Of a DNA stretch of 24,000 nt, positions 17,755 through 23,940 are shown piece by piece. A program made the translations under genes and the position numbers. The notes beneath the pieces were generated by a model, which searched no databases, was not told the DNA's origin, and saw nothing but the letters and a program-made list of their open reading frames with translations. This DNA is from Marinobacter sp. NP-4(2019). Lineage in GTDB: Bacteria; Pseudomonadota; Gammaproteobacteria; Pseudomonadales; Oleiphilaceae. The stretch is taken from assembly GCF_003994855.1 (NCBI RefSeq), contig NZ_CP034142.1, forward strand, positions 2,703,278 to 2,727,277, given 5' to 3'. Numbering within the stretch: the stretch's first letter is position 1; each line of letters opens with the position of its first letter.

Positions 17755-20753
17755 TGTCCCTCCGATGGCACGCGCTGATCGTCGATAATGAAAAGCAGAT
17801 AGGCCCCCGGCGGCGCGATATTGCCGTTTGGGGGGAGCTCCACCTGCAGGGCAGCACCGTCAAGGGTGAACGCGCACTCCACAATGCGCTGCGACATATT
17901 GAAACCATGGGTGACCGCCCCCGGGGCCAGCAGGTGGACCGTCACGATATCCGCCGCTTCCGGCGAATCCACGGTTATCGTCGCGCCGTGGGCGGCGCTG
18001 GCCGGTGCGCTGGCAATCGTCGGCCGTGGCCGCTCGAAATACCCCGGCAGATAACGCTCGAACACGTCCGAATTGGGATCGCCGCCAACCAGCACACTGC
18101 CGTCGGCCAACAGGATCGCGGCGGAGTGGTATCCGCGATGGTGGGTCATCACCGGCCCCAGCGTGAAACCGCTGGCTACATCGTCGGCATCGAGCAGCTC
18201 CACCGCGCCTCCCCCGGCTACTGCATTGGCACCGCCAACCACCAGCACGTGCCCATCTGGCAGCAATACGGAGTTCACCTGCTCCGCCCGCTCCAGGTTC
18301 AGATCCGGAAGGCTTTGCCAAGCCGGCATCGCCTCCGAGAGGTCGATCAGCTCGGCGGTTTTTCGAGCGGGGGCAGTATTACCACCGATGACGACCACAC
18401 GGGGTGCGTAATCCGGTGGCCGCAACGGTAACAGCACCGAGGTGCCCTTCTCTCCCCCGGTGCTCCGGTTGCCGGCAATCGTGGCATAGGTTTCCAGGCC
18501 GCCGATGGGCTCGATGGTAAAGCGGTGGGTCGGATCGTGGGGGCCGGCGATGAACAGCCGGCCGTCCGGCAGCAGATAGGTCCATGGGTAATACTGGTGG
18601 TGGTCCATCGCCGCCGGGAAATCAACCGGCGCGCTCCAGGTGCCACTGGCGGAATCCCAGATCTCCAGGGATTTCGAGGCGGAGCCGTAAATTGTGGCAA
18701 TGCGACCGTCGGCCAGGGTCAGGGTAGTGGCGTAAAACCGTGGCTCGGCGGTGGACCCGGTCTGCGACCATTGTTCCGTGGCCGGGTCGAAGACAAAGGC
18801 ATTCACATAGTTGCCGCCGGGGCCGGCAAAGCCGCCGTGTCCCAGCACGCGACCGTCGGGAATAAAGGCGTGGGCCGCCGACCACAGGTCGGACAGGTCG
18901 CTGTCCATGCCCGGCAACGCCGCCGGCTGCGGCGAGGGCTCGGCAACCGTTGGCCCCGGCGGATCATAGAGGCGGGACTGGTCAGCCCGGGTATAGCCCC
19001 AATACAGCACCTTGTTGGTATCGGGCAGCAGGCAGGCGTGCATGAAGGTGACTTCCGGATCGACCTCCAGCTCCTCCCAGGTTCCGGGGCTGAGCTTGTC
19101 GCAGTATCCCATCTCAGCCATCGGTATGGGGTTGCTATCATCGAATAGCTGAATACGCCCTTCCGCCAGCAAGGTCTCCTTCATGGATTCGGTAAGCCAC
19201 ACATCCTTGTAGGATCGCACAACCGCGATCATGCCATTCATCATGTGGTGGTGGACGTGGCAATGCACCAGGAAGTCCCCCATCAACCGCACTTTCTCGG
19301 CGTCGGGTGGGCGGTCGTCGGCGTCCTGGATTGCCGCAACCTCCTCCGGCAGGATCAGCGCCGGTGGCGCCACCGTGTCGACAGTGAACGACTCCGCCGG
19401 CCCAACGGAGCGCACATCGTGATTCTCACCGGCCAGTTCCCAGCGGATGTTGTGGGGATGGAAATTGTGCCATTCGTGGCCAAAATCGAGGTTGAACACG
19501 TACCAGCGAATCTTCTGCCCGGCACGCGCAATGATGGTGGGCGTATTGCCCACAAACCCACGGCCATTGATGCAGTGGGTGACCAGCGCCGCCCCGTCCC
19601 TCGATGTCACGGTGTGGTGCTGCATGCTCAGGTTGTTCCAGGTAACCGTGCCGCCAGGCGCGACATCAATGGAGTCCGGATAGAAGCCCATTGCCGGCGC
19701 ATCGAGGATGTTGACCGTGGCAGTGGCCGGCGCACCGGAGACGACATTCACAGTACCGGTCATTGCCGGGTGGTAGGCACAGAAATACTCGTAGCTGCCG
19801 GCATCGTCGAAGGTGTGGTCAAAGGTGCCGGCGCCGTTTTCCTCCATATCGCCGCTGTCGAATGCGGGTTTGGCCTGGTCGCTGACCATCTGGTGCAGGA
19901 AAAACGGCACGTGCAGCGTATTCCAGTCTGGTCGTGGCCAGAACCGGAGGCGCAGGTCGCGCATCAGCCATTCCCGCAAGTCCTCGTACTGGTTCTGCAG
20001 CAGCAGTTCCTGCCTCCGTGTCAAACGGGCCCGCAGGGGTGTGCGGGGGTCCCTCCTGGCCGGTTTCGCCTGCTTCTTGGCGGGCGCACACAACGGCAAC
20101 TTGAGTCCCTTGTACACCATGTCGGGGAAACGTTCCGGCAGCGGGAGCGGAATGGGCCAGCGAAACGGGCGCTTGCGAATGATGATCCCGCCAAACAACC
20201 CCAGCTTGGAGCTGCCATGGGAGGCGTGTGAGGAATGATCGTGAAACGGCCAGGCACCGATCATGTTTTCCCGCACCTGATAGATATACGTCCAGGACTT
20301 TCCCGGGCAGATCTCATCGGATCGGCGACCATCCGCCGCCTGGGTCCCCATCGGCCAGGCGCCATCGGAATCGATGCCATATTCGATACCATGGATATGA
20401 AACGAATGGGGGCGATTGTCGGCATTATGCACGTGGATGCGAACGTTATCGCCAACGTAGGCATAGAGCACGCAACCGGGCACCCGATGATTCCACACCG
20501 GTTCATTAATGTCCGCATGGACCAGTTTGCTGGTGCGAGGAATCAGGTAATCGGCATCCTGATACTCACGGAAGGTCACCGCGCGCAGTGCGCGGGCATC
20601 ACGCTCGGCATCCGGGATCACCCCCATGGGGTGCCCCATGTAGTGCATGCCGTCGCGTTTGTACTGAATGGGGGGAATGGCAAAGGGGTCCGGCTCAACC
20701 GGGCTGTAATCCTCCATTGCCTCGATACGCAGGTAGAAATCCCTGTCCGCCAT
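17736..20753 (-). CDS. fusion protein: multicopper oxidase plus cupredoxin (N-terminal about 520 aa) joined to a galactose/glyoxal-oxidase-like kelch propeller with DUF1929-type E-set tail (C-terminal about 450 aa)
   Basis: All four MCO copper motifs are present: HSFHIHG, WPFHDHS, HNFHPHN and HCHVHHHMMNGM. A type-1 site is YFCAYHPAM. Radical-copper-oxidase-like motifs are HACLLPD, PRFYATTLTLADGR, GYHSAAILLADGSVLVGG and AVTHGFNMSQR. The RBS GGAG lies 7 nt upstream of ATG 20753. Confidence 0.85.
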   Translation of the reverse strand: MADRDFYLRIEAMEDYSPVEPDPFAIPPIQYKRDGMHYMGHPMGVIPDAERDARALRAVTFREYQDADYLIPRTSKLVHADINEPVWNHRVPGCVLYAYVGDNVRIHVHNADNRPHSFHIHGIEYGIDSDGAWPMGTQAADGRRSDEICPGKSWTYIYQVRENMIGAWPFHDHSSHASHGSSKLGLFGGIIIRKRPFRWPIPLPLPERFPDMVYKGLKLPLCAPAKKQAKPARRDPRTPLRARLTRRQELLLQNQYEDLREWLMRDLRLRFWPRPDWNTLHVPFFLHQMVSDQAKPAFDSGDMEENGAGTFDHTFDDAGSYEYFCAYHPAMTGTVNVVSGAPATATVNILDAPAMGFYPDSIDVAPGGTVTWNNLSMQHHTVTSRDGAALVTHCINGRGFVGNTPTIIARAGQKIRWYVFNLDFGHEWHNFHPHNIRWELAGENHDVRSVGPAESFTVDTVAPPALILPEEVAAIQDADDRPPDAEKVRLMGDFLVHCHVHHHMMNGMIAVVRSYKDVWLTESMKETLLAEGRIQLFDDSNPIPMAEMGYCDKLSPGTWEELEVDPEVTFMHACLLPDTNKVLYWGYTRADQSRLYDPPGPTVAEPSPQPAALPGMDSDLSDLWSAAHAFIPDGRVLGHGGFAGPGGNYVNAFVFDPATEQWSQTGSTAEPRFYATTLTLADGRIATIYGSASKSLEIWDSASGTWSAPVDFPAAMDHHQYYPWTYLLPDGRLFIAGPHDPTHRFTIEPIGGLETYATIAGNRSTGGEKGTSVLLPLRPPDYAPRVVVIGGNTAPARKTAELIDLSEAMPAWQSLPDLNLERAEQVNSVLLPDGHVLVVGGANAVAGGGAVELLDADDVASGFTLGPVMTHHRGYHSAAILLADGSVLVGGDPNSDVFERYLPGYFERPRPTIASAPASAAHGATITVDSPEAADIVTVHLLAPGAVTHGFNMSQRIVECAFTLDGAALQVELPPNGNIAPPGAYLLFIIDDQRVPSEGQWITIN

Positions 20754-20803
20754 AATATGCCTCCATGCAGATGATTCGCGTCCTGGAACGTTGCCCGACA
20801 GCG

Positions 20804-20829
20804 ACGCATAGATGCGTATTTAATGCGTA
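20804..20829 (-). promoter_or_regulatory. repeat cluster upstream of the oxidase gene (candidate response-regulator box)
   Basis: The minus strand reads TACGCAT-TAAA-TACGCAT-CT-ATGCGT. Two 7-mers are in direct repeat at 11-bp periodicity, with a third inverted copy. The cluster lies about 50-75 nt upstream of the ATG. Confidence 0.4.
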
Positions 20830-20895
20830 CTTACAACAGAGTAGCCCTCCTCGAACATTCAACAAGATCGAAATGTTCTTTAAAATTCCTGCATA

Positions 20896-20952
20896 GAAGA
20901 ACGGCTTACATGCTCCTGTTACCCTTGAAAGGGCCAACATGACCCGTTTCCT
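20896..20952 (-). repeat. attC-like element E (after the DinB-family gene)
   Basis: The plus strand reads GAAGAACGGCTTACATGCTCC...CATGACCCGTTTCCT. The AACGG/CCGTT and CATG arms pair, and there is a central CCCTT-TC-AAGGG hairpin. The element begins 3 nt after the stop codon. Confidence 0.4.
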
Positions 20953-20955
20953 CAC

Positions 20956-21507
20956 CTACTTGCCCACTTGAGCCAGGGTCTCCTGAATCCGATCCAAGAG
21001 GTCGGTAACCCCGATATCCACACCCATCTGTGACAGTAAAGTAGAAACTTGCCCCCGATGGTGAGTCTGATGGTTAAAGAAATGCAGAACCAGGCTCGAA
21101 TATCGTTTATTGGCAGGAATCCCTTCGATGTTGTGGTAGCCGAGAACGAAATCCAGATCGCCTTCGGACAGCTCGGCTATCCAGTTGATAATCTGACGAT
21201 CCAACCAGATCCGCTGCTCAGACAAGCTACCAAGATCGTTAAAGAGTATCTGATCCAGCCTGGTCGGATTTTGAAGATCAGCCACTTCCCGCAACGAGTT
21301 CAGGCAGGACGGATGGGTGGCAAATCGTTTGAGCCAGATAATGTCACCAACGAGGATGTGATTCAGGGTGCCCAGGATGGAGCCGAAAAAGGCCCCCCGA
21401 TCTTTGGCCAAATCTGTTGCAGAGAGATGTCCCGCAGCCTCATAGACCTTCGAGTTCATCCACTGATTGTAGGCGGCCAGCAATTCAAAGTGATTTTTCA
21501 AGCTCAT
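20956..21507 (-). CDS. DinB-family (DinB_2/YfiT-like) protein
   Basis: 183 aa starting MSLKNHFELLAAYNQWMN..., with His-rich motifs LNHILVGDIIW and HFFNHQTHHRGQ. The start is set at ATG 21507. The track's 275-aa ORF runs back through the higA remnant. Confidence 0.85.
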   Translation of the reverse strand: MSLKNHFELLAAYNQWMNSKVYEAAGHLSATDLAKDRGAFFGSILGTLNHILVGDIIWLKRFATHPSCLNSLREVADLQNPTRLDQILFNDLGSLSEQRIWLDRQIINWIAELSEGDLDFVLGYHNIEGIPANKRYSSLVLHFFNHQTHHRGQVSTLLSQMGVDIGVTDLLDRIQETLAQVGK

Positions 21508-21517
21508 CAGAGTTCCT

Positions 21518-21815
21518 TCATTTCCATATCGGAGGCTCTCGTTGGTCCAGAGGGTGAATGTCATCCAGGTTGGCCGTGTTGCGGGCCACCCAAAGATCGT
21601 ACATATCCTGCATCGCGAGCCAACTTTCAGGAGTACGCCCAAGAACCTTCGATAACCGCAGAGACATTTCCAGACTGATACCGCTATCCCCTTTGAGCAG
21701 CCGAGACAAGGTGGAGGGTGCCCCCCAGACTCGAAGAAAGCTGACGAGAACTGATGCCTAAAGGCTCGAGGTACACCTACCAAATGAACTCACCAGGATG
21801 CGGCGGATTATGCAT
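21518..21815 (-). pseudogene. higA: HigA-family antitoxin (XRE HTH), inactivated by a nonsense codon and a frameshift
   Basis: The ATG at 21815 overlaps the yoeB stop (TAATG). The product reads MHNPPHPGEFIW, then TAG (21779-21777), then VYLEPLGISSRQLSSSLG. A +1 frame change at the G6 run (plus-strand C6 at 21721-21726) leads to APSTLSRLLKGDSGISLEMSLRLSKVLGRTPESWLAMQ... Confidence 0.75.
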
Positions 21816-22078
21816 TATTCGTAGTGGCTCCAGAGCCTGAGAACTTTCACCACCTGCTCGTCTTCGAGCACCTGGTAAACCAGACGATGCTGAATATTGA
21901 TTCGGCGTGAATAGGCCCCCGCAAGGTCACCAATGAGCTTCTCAAACGGAGGCGGTTTGCGGTACGGATCTTCAGCTATCAGCGCTAACAGTTCCTGGGC
22001 TTTTGGTTTAAGGCCGCTGGAGGCCAACTTCTTTGCATCTTTCTGGGCTTGCTTGGTGTAAACCAACTTCCATGTCAC
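21815..22078 (-). CDS. yoeB: Txe/YoeB family type II toxin
   Basis: 87 aa. The sequence ...YSRRINIQHRLVYQVLEDEQVVKVLRLWSHYE is typical of the YoeB C-terminus. It overlaps yefM by ATGA. Confidence 0.9.
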   Translation of the reverse strand: MTWKLVYTKQAQKDAKKLASSGLKPKAQELLALIAEDPYRKPPPFEKLIGDLAGAYSRRINIQHRLVYQVLEDEQVVKVLRLWSHYE

Positions 22079-22317
22079 CAGTCCAGCTCCTCATCGCATT
22101 CATCCACTGGGGTATCCATCCCCTCGCGAATAGACTCCCGCATGCCTGGCACGGAGAGCAGGTAAAGTGTTTCCTGAATAGCCGACCAGTCTTCTTCGGA
22201 TACCAAGACGGCCTTGTTCCGCTTACCCATAATGACGATTGGTTGGTGTGACTCGGCTGTTTCATCAATCAACCGATAAAGGTTGCTGCGCGCCTCAGTT
22301 GCTGTAATTCCTGTCAT
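22075..22317 (-). CDS. yefM: Phd/YefM family type II antitoxin
   Basis: 80 aa. The sequence ITATEARSNLYRLIDETAESHQPIVIMGKRNKAVLVSEEDWSAIQETLYLLS is canonical YefM. The RBS GAGGT lies 5 nt upstream. Confidence 0.9.
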   Translation of the reverse strand: MTGITATEARSNLYRLIDETAESHQPIVIMGKRNKAVLVSEEDWSAIQETLYLLSVPGMRESIREGMDTPVDECDEELDW

Positions 22318-22349
22318 GACGCACCTCTTGCGTGTTTAACTTTTAATCA

Positions 22350-22377
22350 ATTGTACGCTTTTGAGTACGTACGTCAA
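22350..22377 (-). promoter_or_regulatory. sigma70-type promoter of yefM-yoeB with GTAC operator repeats
   Basis: The minus strand reads TTGACG (22377-22372), then a 16-nt spacer, then TACAAT (22355-22350). Three GTAC cores (22353, 22365, 22369) overlap it, as in YefM-YoeB autoregulated operators. Confidence 0.6.
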
Positions 22378-22486
22378 GACGAACGCCTTGATGGATTCCA
22401 GCTTATCCCAGTATGTGATGAGGATAAGCTCAACTTTGCCTGTCATGAACTTTTTCCAATCACTCTCTTTCATGGGTAACTCGGAA

Positions 22487-22570
22487 CTCTAACGCCGCCA
22501 GCATGCGCGACTACGGAATGTAGGCGAAGCCGGACTGGAGCAAACGTCGCCGTGACTGGCCTGATTAGGT
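22487..22570 (-). repeat. attC-like element A
   Basis: The plus strand reads CTCTAACGCCGCCAGCATGCGC...GTCGCCGTGACTGGCCTGATTAGGT. The CTAA/TTAG and GCCAG/CTGGC arms pair. It abuts the stop of the 22570-22980 ORF. Confidence 0.45.
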
Positions 22571-22980
22571 TAACGATTCCAAACTCTCTCTGGTGGCTGA
22601 CCAAGCTGCCACTCTACATAATCTTCGGGTGGTGCACCGATATCAGCAATATGCTCAGCCTTGAACGGAATCTCCGCACCAAAAACTAAATACACATCGT
22701 CCTCTGGCTCAACGGTGGCAGGCTTGGAATCCAAAGTGCCAATGTAACTGTCCCCGATCACCTCCGATACGATAACCCACATTCTTTCCACTTGAATAAA
22801 TGGAGCACCGCCTTCATCCAAAAATTCAATTTGAAACAGTAACTTCTCAGCGTCACCTCTCTTTAGACTTTTCCGTGCGGCGAGTTCAGGAATCCAGAAT
22901 GTGTCTGGTGCTTTCGCGTGCGATTCCTCTGCACTTCCCAGCTCCCAGTGGTCTTGTTCAAACGATGGCATTTCTATCAT
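22570..22980 (-). CDS. DUF2314-like protein (136 aa)
   Basis: FWIPELAARKSLKRGDAEKLLFQIEF...VERMWVIVSEVIGDSYIGTLDSKPA... matches my memory of the DUF2314 (YegJ-like) pattern. There is no SD. The start is ATG 22980 or the ATG 9 nt downstream. Confidence 0.65.
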   Translation of the reverse strand: MIEMPSFEQDHWELGSAEESHAKAPDTFWIPELAARKSLKRGDAEKLLFQIEFLDEGGAPFIQVERMWVIVSEVIGDSYIGTLDSKPATVEPEDDVYLVFGAEIPFKAEHIADIGAPPEDYVEWQLGQPPERVWNR

Positions 22981-22981
22981 G

Positions 22982-23044
22982 CGAGAACGCTGCTCCTGAA
23001 CCTCACGTTGGCGCGGCCAAAAAAATGACTATTGCCTGTTGATT
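22982..23044 (-). repeat. attC-like element C
   Basis: The plus strand reads CGAGAACGCTGCTCC...GTTGGCGCGGCCAA...ATTGCCTGTTGATT. It shares AACGC and TTGGCGCGG-C-AA with element B and fills the whole gap between two ORFs. Confidence 0.35.
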
Positions 23045-23063
23045 CCGAGAAGGCTCATATGTG

Positions 23064-23537
23064 TCATAAATTCTCCCGGACGAACTGCTCCACACTGAGA
23101 TGTTGCCCCTGTTTCTGATAATGCCTGTCTATAGCGTAAGCCATTTTTTCCAGCGGAGCTTCGTCGTACCCCAAATCCTGAATCTCTCGAATGTAGCGCT
23201 CTACAAAACCTTGAGGGGTGAGTTCCCGCCATTGAATCACATGAACCAATTCATGGAAGTGAAGTCGCAACTCGTTCGCTGCACTTTTCTTCACATAATA
23301 GGTGTCATTGTACGTAATGCCTCCAACATCCATGTCGATGAAATCTCCCAAACCCGCTTCCCGTAACTCGGGAAAATCGGGCTTCGGAATTTCGTCGGTA
23401 ACAACGAAAAATGCTGTGTTGAGGAAGTCGGGCGAATAGAAGCCTTTAAAGTGTTCTTCAAAGACGGAGCAGGACTGACGTACCTCTTTGTAGGAGGAAT
23501 TAACCTGGTGTATCCATTGCTCGATCTTGTCGATCAT
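23064..23537 (-). CDS. hypothetical protein with an HExxH zincin-like motif (157 aa)
   Basis: LRLHFHELVHVIQW contains HELVH. The RBS AGGAGAGG lies 3-4 nt upstream of ATG 23537. No signal peptide is present. Confidence 0.7.
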   Translation of the reverse strand: MIDKIEQWIHQVNSSYKEVRQSCSVFEEHFKGFYSPDFLNTAFFVVTDEIPKPDFPELREAGLGDFIDMDVGGITYNDTYYVKKSAANELRLHFHELVHVIQWRELTPQGFVERYIREIQDLGYDEAPLEKMAYAIDRHYQKQGQHLSVEQFVRENL

Positions 23538-23549
23538 AACCTCTCCTAT

Positions 23550-23616
23550 TTATAACGCCCGGCACATGCGCTGGTTTGGCGCGGACAAGCGGTCGCCGTG
23601 ATGCCGCTGGTTATGT
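23550..23616 (-). repeat. attC-like element B
   Basis: The plus strand reads TTATAACGCCCGGCACATGCGC...GTCGCCGTGATGCCGCTGGTTATGT. ATAAC/GTTAT and CGGCA/TGCCG pair around a 3-nt internal mismatch, giving an R/L-box-like layout. Confidence 0.45.
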
Positions 23617-23733
23617 GGCTGAATCATCCAGTTTTTTGTCGATCGCCGACGTATCGATATATTTTTTGATGACGAGCCAGTTTTTCTCGCTGGTCTGCAT
23701 GACGGCGATACCAACTACCAGAATCCCAACCAA
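23611..23733 (-). CDS. possible 40-aa membrane micro-ORF
   Basis: AGGAGG lies 7 nt upstream of TTG 23733. The product is (M)VGILVVGIAVMQTSEKNWLVIKKYIDTSAIDKKLDDSAT. The stop TAA lies inside the CACATAAC end of element B. It is below the ORF-track size cut-off. Confidence 0.35.
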   Translation of the reverse strand: MVGILVVGIAVMQTSEKNWLVIKKYIDTSAIDKKLDDSAT

Positions 23734-23745
23734 GACTCCACCTCC

Positions 23746-23940
23746 TTACAGAATCGCTGGATGGCTTGCTGATTCATACCACCGAAAGGAAAGAAGAAGA
23801 ATAAGAACGCACGCAATCCATAGCGTCCAGTTGAACCAAGACCGCGTAATGACAGCAGGTTTATTGCTATCAACCTTTTTAAGGAGCTCTTCAAGCACCT
23901 TTCTTTCCTGTTTCTCCGTCACAACTCCTCCAATACTCAT
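23746..23940 (-). CDS. small membrane protein (64 aa), unknown function
   Basis: The start is set at ATG 23940 (MSIGGVVTEKQERK...), because the upstream 17 codons of the track ORF lie inside repeat D. There is one TM segment (WTLWIACVLILLLSF). Confidence 0.55.
   Translation of the reverse strand: MSIGGVVTEKQERKVLEELLKKVDSNKPAVITRSWFNWTLWIACVLILLLSFRWYESASHPAIL

Noticed and set aside
20754-20900. A fourth GGAAT-N16-CGT ECF promoter in front of the oxidase gene, and the plus-strand GGAACG at 20785.
   Set aside because: The minus-strand GGAAT (at about 20888) is not followed by CGT at 16-17 nt. The plus-strand GGAAC faces away from any gene.
20896-20952. Element E as a simple Rho-independent terminator of the DinB-family gene.
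   Set aside because: The central stem is only 5 bp (CCCTT/AAGGG) and no U-tract follows. Its ends share the AACG.../...CGTT pattern of the other four elements.
20956-21783. 275-aa ORF given by the track for the DinB-family gene.
   Set aside because: The first 92 codons run out of frame through the higA remnant and have no family signal. The DinB similarity starts at MSLKNHF (ATG 21507), which has its own AAGGA RBS.
22487-23616. Using the cassette-boundary rule to fix array orientation. By that rule, the TTRRRY at the start of a cassette should complement the R'' of its own attC.
   Set aside because: The rule did not hold in either orientation for the two complete cassettes. Orientation is therefore inferred only from ORF direction and from the placement of stop and start codons, and it remains provisional.
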